In this document: in pieces, positions 9,177-18,893 of the stretch
Numbering within the stretch: position 1 is the first letter of the stretch
Layout: the number at the start of each line of letters is the position of its first letter
From: a virus
Lineage: Duplodnaviria > Heunggongvirae > Uroviricota > Caudoviricetes
Length of the DNA: 45,135 nt
Virus record (IMG/VR): IMGVR_UViG_3300029549_000273
Strand: one strand, 5' to 3'
Translations under genes and position numbers: made by a program
Notes under the pieces: generated by a model
Told to the model about the DNA's origin: nothing
The model's database searches: none
What the model saw: the letters and a program-made list of their open reading frames with translations, nothing else

Positions 9177-9208
9177 AACAACCCACTGCCTTTAGGCGGT
9201 GGGTTGTT
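9177..9208. repeat. inverted repeat resembling an IS200/IS605-superfamily end hairpin
   Basis: AACAACCCACTGCC-TTTA-GGCGGTGGGTTGTT. Confidence 0.45.
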
Positions 9209-9225
9209 GGCCCCGGTGTCCCTTT

Positions 9226-10017
9226 TCACTTGAATTTTTCGAGAATGACCTCACGTGCAATATCCGCCAGTTCATAAGGTGCTATGTAACTCGTCCGCTT
9301 AAACTCCTCATTCTTTCTTGCACGTTTCATAATGGCAACCATCAGGTTCGACAGACCTTCTTCCAGTGCTCCAAAACCCAATTCTTGTGTCAACGCTTTG
9401 CGGGCATTTTTCTCAAGGCAGTCGTCTACCCGATTCAGGTAAGTCGGCAGCTTCAACGCATCCGGAATGCGAACTTCAATCGAGTTGTAGTCCTCGTCGT
9501 TCTCTTTGCAAGCATATTCAGGGTATAGTGCGTCACGGTATCTCTTGGCCTCAAAAAGCTCGTCTGCGCGAAATCTGTCAGGGTCCATATTTTCCCGGTC
9601 CCAAATTACATCCGTGAGAATAAACTGGTCGCAAACCCTGTATATCGGTTCGCCGGTCACACGATATAGCGTGTCATCGCAAATCAGCCACTCTTCCTCA
9701 ATCTTCTTTACGGTTTTTGGAATATCGCCTTCTCGCTCAATGCGGCCATCGCACTGATAGTTCTTGAACTTCGCATCACTGCCTTGTGCGACGTAAAGCC
9801 GGCCATCATAGAGCCTGAACTCTTCTCCAACCTTTTTGTTCGTGCCGTAATCCATCTTGTAAACAACAATGGCCACCGGTGCGTTTTTGTCCACTTCGAC
9901 TCCCTGGAACTCTGGGATGTTGACCTCGACTGTCTTGGTGTGCAGAACATCCCTTGGTTTTCTGCACCGTGGAGGGATTTCCTGGACATACCATTCGAAT
10001 TTGTAATCTACTTTCAT
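9226..10017 (-). CDS. hypothetical protein (PPRCRKPR N-terminal motif)
   Basis: 263 aa, AAGGAG RBS, first gene after E4. Confidence 0.7.
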   Translation of the reverse strand: MKVDYKFEWYVQEIPPRCRKPRDVLHTKTVEVNIPEFQGVEVDKNAPVAIVVYKMDYGTNKKVGEEFRLYDGRLYVAQGSDAKFKNYQCDGRIEREGDIPKTVKKIEEEWLICDDTLYRVTGEPIYRVCDQFILTDVIWDRENMDPDRFRADELFEAKRYRDALYPEYACKENDEDYNSIEVRIPDALKLPTYLNRVDDCLEKNARKALTQELGFGALEEGLSNLMVAIMKRARKNEEFKRTSYIAPYELADIAREVILEKFK

Positions 10018-10049
10018 TTTTCCATTTCTCCTTTTTGAGTTAAGATTTT

Positions 10050-10216
10050 TATATAAAAGCCAACGGTTCGAAAAAACCGTCGGCTGAATGTTCTGTATTG
10101 CTTGTGATACTTCCTTTGTATGGTCTCAGCATACCGGCATCTTGCCGATTCGCGTCTTTTCCCCGTCAAGAACCTTGGAATATGGGAACCTTGGAATGTA
10201 GGAGGCTCGGAACCTG
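10050..10216 (-). promoter_or_regulatory. conserved regulatory module E4 (six tandem boxes)
   Basis: AGAACCTT GGAATATG GGAACCTT GGAATGTA GGAGGCTC GGAACCTG 10169-10216; -10 10128-10133. Confidence 0.85.
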
Positions 10217-10345
10217 TAAAAGGTCTGCGGTTCCGGAGTGGGAATCTCTCCTGTACTTGAAAACGGAAGAGCAAAATAGCAAAGCGTCTCCCCCCACCGC
10301 CAAAAAAACGGCCCCCTCTCATTTAGCTGAGAGGGGGCGGGTTTT

Positions 10346-10891
10346 TTATGTCCAACCGAGCTTGTCCAGATACGGAAGCGCGGCCTTAATGCGCTGCACG
10401 CAACGGTCATTGTAGCTTCCCGGTTCCGCGTTCTGGTGCTTGCTGAGGAACTTTCTCATTGCGCGGGGCGTACCGGCGCAAGTTGCAGCGTCCAGAATAG
10501 TCTGCGCACCATCGCACTTTACGGCCTTGAGCGTGTCTGGATTCACCTGACAGCCATCAGCCCCGCCGACCTGGCAAAGCGGCAGATATCCGTCTGCCAT
10601 ATTGTTGCCGATGTTCCAAATGACATAGCCAAGGGGAACCTTGTCAACAACTTGGAATGAGTGGTGTTCATCCACGATGGTCTTCACCCCGTCATGAACC
10701 TCCAACTCGTCCTCGAAGGCATCAGTCTCAAATCCATCCGCAAAGCGGACATGGAACATTCTGCCGACGTCAGCGATATCCGCTTCCCTGTCGGTCAGTT
10801 CCCGAAGGACCTCTACGACCTGCCCGGTGCGGGCATTCAGTTTGGAATCCCCATTGTGGGAATCATAGACTTTCTTGCGATAGTAACTCAT
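10346..10891 (-). CDS. hypothetical protein
   Basis: overlapping stop/start with upstream gene, terminator downstream. Confidence 0.7.
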   Translation of the reverse strand: MSYYRKKVYDSHNGDSKLNARTGQVVEVLRELTDREADIADVGRMFHVRFADGFETDAFEDELEVHDGVKTIVDEHHSFQVVDKVPLGYVIWNIGNNMADGYLPLCQVGGADGCQVNPDTLKAVKCDGAQTILDAATCAGTPRAMRKFLSKHQNAEPGSYNDRCVQRIKAALPYLDKLGWT

Positions 10892-11763
10892 TTCTTCGTC
10901 TCCTTTCCATTCGTAAGATAGCCCTCGACGTAGACGCCTATGAGTGCGCCAAGCGCACGGGCAGCATCCTCAAAGGTGGCATACTCCTCGTCCGTATCGT
11001 ACTCTGTCGCAGCAGACTCGAAAGATGCCTCCGCAAGCAGAGCGGGGAATTCGTCACTCTCAATCGTCTCCTTTGGCCAACCGAACTCGCTAATCAAGTG
11101 GGTCTGTTCGTCCGCGTCAATGTCGCTCGGATAGACGAAGCCATGCGCCACATGGAATAAGTCGTCTCCGTACTGATTGACTTGTGCCAGTTCATAGACA
11201 CCATTGCCCTTTTCGGGAGCCATGCGGCGGAACTGCATAGTATCGGGGTCCGTTGCAACCCACTGACCCATGAATTCCTTCTCTAACCACTTGACCCATG
11301 CCTGGATATCTCCGCAGGCGTCCAGCACATTGTCTGTTTCGTCCACGACCATTCCCTCGCTCCAATCACCGTTCGGTCCTTGCACAAAAACCTCAATCCA
11401 GTTGTTCGCGGTATACTCGATGCGTTCGTCTTCAATGGCCTTATCAAGCTCTGCGTCGCTCTTAAAAGCTGTACGCAGGTGGTCGGAGGCAGCCATGCTC
11501 ATTGCCCCGTTGTTCAAGCGGTTAGTGTACTCAAAATCCTTGCCGTCAACAACGCCGCAGATTACGACATCTCCATGCACCTCAAGGGCCACCGTGTAGT
11601 CCTTGTACATGAAGCCTCCAATATAGCCTCCGTACCAAACACAGCAAAGATGGTCGTCGTCAATGAAGACCTCCGGCTTGGTTAGCAGCTCGACACCGAG
11701 CTGTTTTGCTTCCTGCTGCATTTTTGCAAATGCAGCGTTAATGTTTTTCCTGTTTGTTTCCAT
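10888..11763 (-). CDS. acidic hypothetical protein
   Basis: 291 aa, AAGGAG RBS, first gene after E5. Confidence 0.7.
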   Translation of the reverse strand: METNRKNINAAFAKMQQEAKQLGVELLTKPEVFIDDDHLCCVWYGGYIGGFMYKDYTVALEVHGDVVICGVVDGKDFEYTNRLNNGAMSMAASDHLRTAFKSDAELDKAIEDERIEYTANNWIEVFVQGPNGDWSEGMVVDETDNVLDACGDIQAWVKWLEKEFMGQWVATDPDTMQFRRMAPEKGNGVYELAQVNQYGDDLFHVAHGFVYPSDIDADEQTHLISEFGWPKETIESDEFPALLAEASFESAATEYDTDEEYATFEDAARALGALIGVYVEGYLTNGKETKK

Positions 11764-11797
11764 TTTTCAATTTCTCCTTTTCGATTTTAAGATGTTT

Positions 11798-11929
11798 TAT
11801 GTAAAAGCCAGCGGCTCGAAAACCGCTGGCTGAATTATTGAACTGTTTGTGATACTTCCTTGGTATACTCTCAGCATACGGCAAAGTCTCAAATAAGCCT
11901 GATTCTATTTGCAAGAACCTGAGAACCTG
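11798..11929 (-). promoter_or_regulatory. conserved regulatory module E5
   Basis: AGAACCTG x2 from 11914; -10 11873-11878; 35-nt gap. Confidence 0.85.
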
Positions 11930-11979
11930 ACTTCTTCAAAGAAGGCCGACAGGAAAACCTGTCGGCCTGGTATCTGGGA

Positions 11980-12369
11980 TTATTTGTGACCGCCACTCTT
12001 TTTCAGGGCATCCTCTGCGTCCTCGTAGTCTGCAAGGCGGTCCTTGCAACGATTGCGGCAATAGAGCGCCGTGCATTGTACGAGGGGCTTTCCATGCTTG
12101 GCAGTCCAATCGGCCTCACATTTCTGGCAATCCATGACCGCCTGACCATCGGAGAGGCGCTTGGTGAAGCGGTCCTGCTCATGTCCGCCTTCCTGGTCTG
12201 AAACGTCCGATTCGAGGTCAGACCATGCGAGCATTTTTTGCATCTCCTCTGCGGAAACGCCAAGGATTTCAGCTCCGACGGCAAGAAGCAAATCGGTGGT
12301 TGCTTCGTCGCCGTCGTTGGCAAGACAGTAAGACCGAATGATGCTGATGACATCTTCCTTAGAACGCAT
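11980..12369 (-). CDS. hypothetical protein
   Basis: AAGGAGG RBS before MRSK. Confidence 0.6.
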   Translation of the reverse strand: MRSKEDVISIIRSYCLANDGDEATTDLLLAVGAEILGVSAEEMQKMLAWSDLESDVSDQEGGHEQDRFTKRLSDGQAVMDCQKCEADWTAKHGKPLVQCTALYCRNRCKDRLADYEDAEDALKKSGGHK

Positions 12370-12383
12370 TTTGCTATCCTCCT

Positions 12384-13133
12384 TCACTTGACAGATTCGA
12401 TATAGAGGATTTTGGGCATTTCTTTCCAATGATTGTCCTCACGAAAGTCGTTGCGGAAGAGGTTTAACGCTTCAAAAATGCTGTTGACATCAAACTCTGT
12501 CTCGTCATCACTGCCGGTATCTGGATTGACAAAGCCAACACGGATGGCAAATGGCGAAATCTCCTGCAAGGCAGCCGCATAGGCCTCCGTGTAGGCGTCA
12601 TCCTTGCTCATACCGCCTGCGATAGCGTGTTCGTATACGGTCTTGAATGCCTCCGATTCGATGATTTCCTCTTCGGAGCAGGTATCTGCGTCAGGCAGCG
12701 TGTCTGCGTCCTCTGCATCGCTTTCCGAAGGAATATCATACAGCACAGGCACATAGAAGAGATACAAGCCAGGACTCAGCGAAAGAACGGCGTTTGCCGC
12801 GTCATACTCGTCGTTGCAGACCACAAACGGGTGGTCGTTCATCTCCATGAACTGACGCACCCCTTCCTCGCAGAGCTGGTCGTAGAGGTTAATGCCGCCG
12901 CAGGCCGTTCCGTTAATGTCGGTCCAGGTCCTCCAGAAGCCATTATTCAGAAAGGCCGCTGCCGCAGCGCCACGGTCTGCAAGCGTCCATTCCTCTCCGA
13001 ATTCCTCACCCTGCACGCCGTCTTCGGCATCAGGATTCAGCGAGCGGAGAAGGCGCACGCTGTCGTCTTCGCACAGCTTGATAAGCGCAAGGTTGGCAAG
13101 GCCATTCTCTTTGAATGAAACGATTTGGAACAT
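12384..13133 (-). CDS. acidic hypothetical protein
   Basis: AAGGAG RBS before MFQIV. Confidence 0.65.
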   Translation of the reverse strand: MFQIVSFKENGLANLALIKLCEDDSVRLLRSLNPDAEDGVQGEEFGEEWTLADRGAAAAAFLNNGFWRTWTDINGTACGGINLYDQLCEEGVRQFMEMNDHPFVVCNDEYDAANAVLSLSPGLYLFYVPVLYDIPSESDAEDADTLPDADTCSEEEIIESEAFKTVYEHAIAGGMSKDDAYTEAYAAALQEISPFAIRVGFVNPDTGSDDETEFDVNSIFEALNLFRNDFREDNHWKEMPKILYIESVK

Positions 13134-13281
13134 GATTTTTCTCCTTTTTGATTTTGGGGTTGGGCGGGATTTTGCTCCCGCCCAACTGTTCTGGTGTGTG
13201 TCGGCGTTAAGCTCTTTTGTGTAGGTTATTCCAATTTTGAATAAGTGAAACTGCACGAAGCGAAGTCGGAACTCACGCCTT

Positions 13282-13458
13282 TCAGAACGCGATGTCTACA
13301 TCCGCCGTTCCAACGCTGTTATTGGATTGCTCTTTCAGTTGATGTTCAATTCGTAGCAATATTTCGTTCTGCTGCTGCATCCGTGCCGCAATCTCACCGA
13401 TGGCGTTGGCAATATGCTCGACGGCGTTTTGTCCTGCGGCACTTTCAAAATAGGTCAT
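13282..13458 (-). CDS. small helical hypothetical protein
   Basis: GGAGG RBS, overlapping stop/start; N-terminus resembles 28790-29146. Confidence 0.55.
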   Translation of the reverse strand: MTYFESAAGQNAVEHIANAIGEIAARMQQQNEILLRIEHQLKEQSNNSVGTADVDIAF

Positions 13459-14087
13459 TCTGTCGCCTCCCTTTCGCGGGCAAAGTATTCCGTGATGACA
13501 GACTGCCATGTGTCATTTTCTGCCACATTACAATCCATCGCGTCCTCATACTCTGCGACGAGTGCCTCCAGCGCATAGTTGCGAGATTCCACGTCCATCA
13601 ATTCGACGAACGGATAGCCGTATTTCATGACAAACGCATGGCTGTTCTCTTTGCTATCCTCTTCGTCAAACGGTGAATTTTCCTTCGTATTGATGCCAAA
13701 AAAGGCGGACAGTTGAATTTCCGCATCAGCGAGACGGTACTGATGCTCGCGCTTGCGGTAGGCTGTCTCCAGTTCGTATTCGGTCAACTCGAATTCCGGA
13801 ACGCCGCCGTCAAGGTCGGTATCGTGGTTCTCGTAGTACCGAATCAGAGCAGCAATGCCTCCGGCGTCGATGGTCAGCGGCTTAATGCCCCGACCGCTGT
13901 GGGAGAGTTTGGCTCCGTAATGTACCTCCTTGGCATCTGTCTCGTGCGTTTTTTTGGGCTTGCCACAGAAGGAACCCTCAAAGGTCAGGAAAGCGAACTC
14001 TTTTCCGTCTTTGTCAGTGTAGACACAGACCTCGGTTTCCCCCATATCGCAAGGGAGGAACATTTTGCGTTCTTCTTTGAATTTCAT
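13455..14087 (-). CDS. acidic hypothetical protein
   Basis: first gene after E6. Confidence 0.7.
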   Translation of the reverse strand: MKFKEERKMFLPCDMGETEVCVYTDKDGKEFAFLTFEGSFCGKPKKTHETDAKEVHYGAKLSHSGRGIKPLTIDAGGIAALIRYYENHDTDLDGGVPEFELTEYELETAYRKREHQYRLADAEIQLSAFFGINTKENSPFDEEDSKENSHAFVMKYGYPFVELMDVESRNYALEALVAEYEDAMDCNVAENDTWQSVITEYFAREREATE

Positions 14088-14121
14088 TTTTTCATTTCTC
14101 CTTTTTTTGAATTAAGATTTT

Positions 14122-14253
14122 TATATAAAAGCCAGCGGTCTGAAAACCGCTGGCTGAATTGTTTCTTTAATTGTGATACTTCTTTGGTATGGTCTTAGCA
14201 TACCGGCAAGCGCAAAAAACGGCTCATTTTTTTACTGGGAACCTAAGAACCCG
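14122..14253 (-). promoter_or_regulatory. conserved regulatory module E6
   Basis: GGAACCTA AGAACCCG from 14238; -10 14197-14202; 35-nt gap. Confidence 0.85.
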
Positions 14254-14265
14254 GAAAGATGCAAT

Positions 14266-14295
14266 AAAAAAGACCGGCAGGAAAACCTGCCGGTC
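14266..14295 (-). terminator. intrinsic terminator of the HU gene
   Basis: GACCGGCAGG-AAAA-CCTGCCGGTC plus T-run. Confidence 0.7.
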
Positions 14296-14311
14296 AAGAA
14301 TATGAGCGAGA

Positions 14312-14590
14312 TTATTTGCTGTTGGCCGCTTCCTTCAGGGTGGAACCGGGCTTGAATACGGGAACGGAACGTGCGGGAATTTTCAGTGTCTCGCCCGTCT
14401 TGGGGTTCTTGCCGGTACGCTCCTCCCTGTGTGCAATGGACAGTGTGCCGAAGCCGACGATGCTGATGGGTTCATGCGCCTTCACAGCATCGGTTACAAC
14501 CTCCAGAGCCGCGTCTACCAGTGCTGCGGCCGCCTTCTTCTCTACGCCAGCTTTGGCCGCGACTTTCGCGATGAATTCAGTTTTGTTCAT
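14312..14590 (-). CDS. hup: HU family histone-like DNA-binding protein
   Basis: MNKTEFI start, GFGT, RTGKNPKTGE..IPA..P.FKPG..LK. Confidence 0.92.
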   Translation of the reverse strand: MNKTEFIAKVAAKAGVEKKAAAALVDAALEVVTDAVKAHEPISIVGFGTLSIAHREERTGKNPKTGETLKIPARSVPVFKPGSTLKEAANSK

Positions 14591-14643
14591 TGGAAAATAG
14601 ACCTTTCTTTTGTATTTGGGCATTGGCTGCCCCCGACACTTTC

Positions 14644-14672
14644 ATTATACCACATTTAATCTCGGAAGTCAA
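14644..14672 (-). promoter_or_regulatory. canonical sigma-A promoter (HU)
   Basis: TTGACT-17nt-TATAAT with extended TG. Confidence 0.8.
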
Positions 14673-14692
14673 TTCATTCGCCTGCTGTAGAA

Positions 14693-17002
14693 TCAGTTTG
14701 TTACGATGACATTGACGCGGGCGGTTCCATTTCCTTCGGTTGCTCTGGCTGTAATGGTGCAGGTTCCCGCTCCAACAGCGTGAATCGTGCCGTTGTCGCT
14801 GATGGTTGCAACCGCGTGATTTGAACTGCTGAGCGTACAAGCGGCGGAGGATTGGATGGCAGCCTCTTCCCCTATGGATAGCGTGACTTCCTTTGGTGAA
14901 ACGGTGAAGGTATCCCCTGCCGTAATATACGGGATGTCGATGGGGATAGGAACTCCGGCATACTTCAGACCACAAAGCACGCCGAAAGCCAGAAGTGCGA
15001 AGATGATGATAAAACGGAGAAATGCCGCGAACGGCCTTTTTTTAGGACGGTAGGTCGTCGTAGTCCGCCTTACTACGGTTGGGGGCTTACTCGGTACATC
15101 ATCCTGTGTGGGTGCTTGCGGAGCAGCCTGTGGTTGCGATGCGGGTTTCGGTTCCGGCTGAGGCGGCGTCTGAAGCTGTGGCTGTGGCTGTGGCGGGCTA
15201 TACGGCTGAGGAGGATAGACAGGGTATACGGGCTGGTAAACAGGCTGTGTGAAAACAGGCTGGTATCCGAACGGCGGTGCTGGCTGCTGTACGAATTGCT
15301 GCTGGTACGGCGGGGCCGTCTGTGCCGGACCTGTCTCCGCGTGAAGCGTTGCTTCATGCTGAGCGGCCTGTACCGGCTGCTGCGGTGCCGAAGGCGTGGT
15401 TTCTGCTGGTGCTTCCTTCAACCGCTCATTTTTGTACGAGGGTCCCCTATCCTGCTCCGAGCTGTCCTTCTGCGCGGTGGTTCTGACCGGTTCCGTCTTC
15501 GTGGCCGGCTGTTCTGTCTCCTTTACAGTATTGACCTTCGGAATGACGACAGGCGGCTTCGCAGGCTCGTCAGCTTCGCGTGTATCGCTCTGCTTTCTCT
15601 CCGGTTTCGCGCTTCCCTGCTCTGTGGCAGGTTCTTCCAGTTCTTCCGTGCAGGGGTCTTCCGCAGGAACTTCTTCGGCTTCCTGCGATGTTTGCTCAGG
15701 CTCCTTTGAGGCGCTGACTACCGGTGTGTCTACGGGTTCGGCGGCAGGCGGTACAGTCTCCTCTGCTTCCTGCGGTTTCTCCGCCGCATTCTCAGCATTG
15801 CCGACAGGCGCGGGTTCTGCCGGTGGATGCTCCTGCTGTGCGGGTGGAGTTTCCGCCGGTTCGTCCTCGATTATCTCAACGACCTCGACGACTTCCTCCT
15901 CCGGCTCCTCGCTATTTTTCGCCTTTTCTTCGTGGTTTTGCATAGCCCCCGTGGATTCTCCGCTCTCCGACTCTTTCTTGAGCGGCTCCGGTGGTGTTAT
16001 CATATCCCGCTCGGAAAGCAACGGACGGCTCAATTCAAGCCGAATGACGGACTCTGAAAGGTCTCCGCGCCCAATGTTGCGGGCAATGCCTCTGAACTCC
16101 TTTTGCAGAGCTTTCAGCATCTCCGGGTCATCACTGGCGTAGACCTCCTTCAGCAACTGCGCAGTGCGGTCTGGCGCGTACTGTGGTGTCAGGTCCCAAT
16201 TTGGCGCATTGCGGTAGTCATCGCCGCACAGAATAACCCAAAGAAGGGCAGCAAGGGAGTGCATATCGCCAACGAGCGATGGCCTTTCTTCTCCGTTGCG
16301 GATGTTTTCGTCCATTGTCACAGGGACGGTCGCTGGAAACGAATTTACCCTCCACGGCTGTCCGGCCTTATCCTTTGGCTCATACCCTTCATCAAAGCCG
16401 CCATATAGGAATGAGCTAAAGGCGAAGAGCTGCTTGCCGTCATCTTTCGTGCGAAGCACAATGGAGTCAAGGTCGATTGCTCCCAGGTGGACGTGATAGG
16501 TGTCCAGTCCCTTGATGATTTGTGCAGCTCTCGCAGCAAACATTGCGAGATTCGTCATGGTGAAGGCATAGCCGCTGAAAAAGGGACTCCCCACAAATGG
16601 TTCTGCTACATCGGAAATGAGATAGATGTCGGAACCGGGTTCTCCCTCATGTTTCAGCTGATGATTGGCGCTGATTGTCAGATTCGACGCCTTGAGATTT
16701 TCCACCGCAGTCCGGTCATCTCCGGAAGCATCCAGAGTGCCAAGGTATCGGCGGATTTTGATGTCATTTGACACGCATCGCGCAAATTTCTTATAAAAAT
16801 CGTTCGTATCATCGCCCATCTTATCTCGCAGCAGAGCTTCCCGTTTCGGATTGAAAGGAATGGAAACGCGCAGAACGTCGCGAATCTTTTCAACTCCGCC
16901 GACCGAGGTAGTTGTGCGAAAAACTTCTCCGTACTGTGTGGACCGCACAAAATGATTCATGGAGCAGACTATTTCGAAAGTCTTTCGAGTTTCATTGGAC
17001 AT
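14693..17002 (-). CDS. membrane protein: degenerate Ser/Thr kinase-like domain, Pro/Glu/Gln-rich linker, TM helix, C-terminal Ig-like (Big_2) domain
   Basis: HVHLGAIDLDSIVL, FAFSSFLYG and GDMHSLAALLW resemble kinase subdomains VIb, VII and IX; SSSNHAVATISDNGTIHAVGAGTCTITA is Big_2-like. Confidence 0.6.
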   Translation of the reverse strand: MSNETRKTFEIVCSMNHFVRSTQYGEVFRTTTSVGGVEKIRDVLRVSIPFNPKREALLRDKMGDDTNDFYKKFARCVSNDIKIRRYLGTLDASGDDRTAVENLKASNLTISANHQLKHEGEPGSDIYLISDVAEPFVGSPFFSGYAFTMTNLAMFAARAAQIIKGLDTYHVHLGAIDLDSIVLRTKDDGKQLFAFSSFLYGGFDEGYEPKDKAGQPWRVNSFPATVPVTMDENIRNGEERPSLVGDMHSLAALLWVILCGDDYRNAPNWDLTPQYAPDRTAQLLKEVYASDDPEMLKALQKEFRGIARNIGRGDLSESVIRLELSRPLLSERDMITPPEPLKKESESGESTGAMQNHEEKAKNSEEPEEEVVEVVEIIEDEPAETPPAQQEHPPAEPAPVGNAENAAEKPQEAEETVPPAAEPVDTPVVSASKEPEQTSQEAEEVPAEDPCTEELEEPATEQGSAKPERKQSDTREADEPAKPPVVIPKVNTVKETEQPATKTEPVRTTAQKDSSEQDRGPSYKNERLKEAPAETTPSAPQQPVQAAQHEATLHAETGPAQTAPPYQQQFVQQPAPPFGYQPVFTQPVYQPVYPVYPPQPYSPPQPQPQLQTPPQPEPKPASQPQAAPQAPTQDDVPSKPPTVVRRTTTTYRPKKRPFAAFLRFIIIFALLAFGVLCGLKYAGVPIPIDIPYITAGDTFTVSPKEVTLSIGEEAAIQSSAACTLSSSNHAVATISDNGTIHAVGAGTCTITARATEGNGTARVNVIVTN

Positions 17003-17075
17003 AAAGCGTTCAAAGGGCGCGGAAGTCCATTGCCGTACAGCAAAGGATGAAGGCCCCGTCTCCTTTCTTCAAACA

Positions 17076-17339
17076 TCAATTTTGTGTGGCTTGCGCAGAC
17101 GATTCCTCTGCGCGGATTGCCTCGCGAATGCGTTCCTTATCTGGGTTGTTCCTAACGTCGATTTTCTTTCTGGTGTACTTTTTAGGCGTAATACCGAGTT
17201 CCTTATTTTCCCTGCGCCGCTTCCTCGCGTTTGCGTTATCACGGACGCGAATGCGCTCCTTGTTCTTGCGGTAATATTCACGACGCCAAGCATTGTGCTT
17301 GTCTTTGCCTTCTTGCGTTTTGTACTGATAAGCAGGCAT
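17076..17339 (-). CDS. small highly basic protein
   Basis: GGAGG RBS, own promoter, REYYRKNKERI motif. Confidence 0.6.
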   Translation of the reverse strand: MPAYQYKTQEGKDKHNAWRREYYRKNKERIRVRDNANARKRRRENKELGITPKKYTRKKIDVRNNPDKERIREAIRAEESSAQATQN

Positions 17340-17367
17340 TTCTTCACCTCCTTGGTGGTTTACATTT

Positions 17368-17396
17368 ATTATACCACACAAAGAGTCATCAGTCAA
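17368..17396 (-). promoter_or_regulatory. canonical sigma-A promoter
   Basis: TTGACT-17nt-TATAAT with extended TG. Confidence 0.8.
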
Positions 17397-17441
17397 ATAA
17401 TCACAGCAACGCCCACCGCGTTGAAGCGGTGGGCGTTATGG

Positions 17442-18299
17442 TTAGACTAAATTTTTGATTTTCCCCATCATAGATTCTCCGGCTTCTGTTAAACTTCCGG
17501 ATTCTGCGGAGCTATTGTAAAGGCCGCATAGCGTCTCAATGAACTCCTGGCCGACTTCGGGTGATGCCTTCCTGATGTAGGAGGTCTGCTCAACGATATC
17601 TGCCTTCTGCTCCTCTCCCAGCCGGTCTGCCAGCATGGCAACGAAGAAGGAGGCGTCATCCGCGTCTTTTTCACTCATGCGCTCCCGGAAGAACAACCGC
17701 ATACTGGACAGCATCCGTGAGACGCCGTAGCGTCTCGCATCCCTTCTCTTTTCAATGATGTCGGTAATGAGAAGCAAGGTCATTTCGACCATGAGCAGTG
17801 TCGCATGGACTCCGCGTAGCCGTGGGTCTCCTCCGAGAACGCTGACCGGAAAAAGCTCATGCAAAATTTCCTCCAGACCGGGCGTCATCCATCCATGCTG
17901 CTGCATCGTTACGATGACAGCGTACGGAAGATGCGACACCACCAGCGCCGACAGGAAGATGTTTGTCAGTCGCAGTCCGGCTCCATCCAATGCGGACAAA
18001 TCCAATTTTGGGTCAAACGGTCTGAATACGTCCTGTCCTGTCTTTATCATGTAGTTTCTTGTAAACCAGACATTCCAGGAAGGCGGTTCCTTTTTCTTTT
18101 GGACCTGTGGGGTTTTCCCTGCCAGGAGCCATCCGAAGACGTTCTTCATATCCTGCCAATTCGCCCTGATTCTCTCACGGCGGAACAGAAAGTCGTAGGG
18201 CACTGTGACTATGAGTGGAAGAAAACACACCACAGCCACCCCGACGTAAAAGCCCTGTGCCATCTCAAGTAAATAAATTCCGAACAAATTCAAACGCAA
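17442..18299 (-). CDS. hypothetical membrane protein
   Basis: TTG start, several hydrophobic segments, hairpin downstream. Confidence 0.6.
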   Translation of the reverse strand: MRLNLFGIYLLEMAQGFYVGVAVVCFLPLIVTVPYDFLFRRERIRANWQDMKNVFGWLLAGKTPQVQKKKEPPSWNVWFTRNYMIKTGQDVFRPFDPKLDLSALDGAGLRLTNIFLSALVVSHLPYAVIVTMQQHGWMTPGLEEILHELFPVSVLGGDPRLRGVHATLLMVEMTLLLITDIIEKRRDARRYGVSRMLSSMRLFFRERMSEKDADDASFFVAMLADRLGEEQKADIVEQTSYIRKASPEVGQEFIETLCGLYNSSAESGSLTEAGESMMGKIKNLV

Positions 18300-18308
18300 T
18301 CACCCACC

Positions 18309-18617
18309 CTAATTAAAAAGTGATTCCTGCGGTACGTTTTCCTCCGTTGTTTCCTTCGGCCCATATATTTCGACCAGAGGGACCCGAACCGGGCGCAGAC
18401 CGCGAAACGGGCGGTTATAAAGCCCACACGCACGCTTATCCTCACCCCAGGTACAGTCTACCATCGGTGACGTTCCGAAAGCAATACAAATTTTGTGTTT
18501 CGTATCGTCCGGATTTGTTTGCCGGTTGCAGCAGGTGCCGCAGACATGAACGATATCCTTTCCATATACTTTCTGCATCAGCTTATACTTATCAATCAAA
18601 ATAAGCCCTCCCTTCAT
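18309..18617 (-). CDS. Cys-rich hypothetical protein
   Basis: CGTCC...C...C; start may be slightly downstream. Confidence 0.6.
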   Translation of the reverse strand: MKGGLILIDKYKLMQKVYGKDIVHVCGTCCNRQTNPDDTKHKICIAFGTSPMVDCTWGEDKRACGLYNRPFRGLRPVRVPLVEIYGPKETTEENVPQESLFN

Positions 18618-18625
18618 TTGCTTTC

Positions 18626-18654
18626 ATTATACCACACTTTAGCTTTTTAGTCAA
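18626..18654 (-). promoter_or_regulatory. canonical sigma-A promoter
   Basis: TTGACT-17nt-TATAAT with extended TG. Confidence 0.8.
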
Positions 18655-18837
18655 CTTATTGCTTTTGCGGAAGTACCTTTTGACCCGCATATTGTCCATC
18701 CTCCTTAGCCTCTATGCGGCACGGATGACCCCAGTGGCTTCTACTGCTGAGTTCAGGCCGCACGGTGGAAATGAGTCTGAAGCCTAAAGCCCCGGAAGCA
18801 CCATCCATAGCGCTTGCGCTTGGGTTGTGAGGTTCAC

Positions 18838-18880
18838 AAAAAAAGAAACACCCCCGGCCTGCGCATGGCCGGGGGGTGTT
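18838..18880 (-). terminator. intrinsic terminator
   Basis: AACACCCCCGGCC/GGCCGGGGGGTGTT stem plus long T-run on minus strand. Confidence 0.7.
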
Positions 18881-18893
18881 CCGCTGGGTTGTG

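Noticed and set aside
5025..10410. Short ORFs reading ...LKPYK.SIT... across the modules (e.g. 5025-5264, 10014-10322)
   Set aside because: Translation artefacts of the conserved non-coding module; starts and frames are not conserved between copies
15073..15960. Low-complexity tandem-like repeats
   Set aside because: They encode the Pro/Gln/Glu-rich linker of the 769-aa protein
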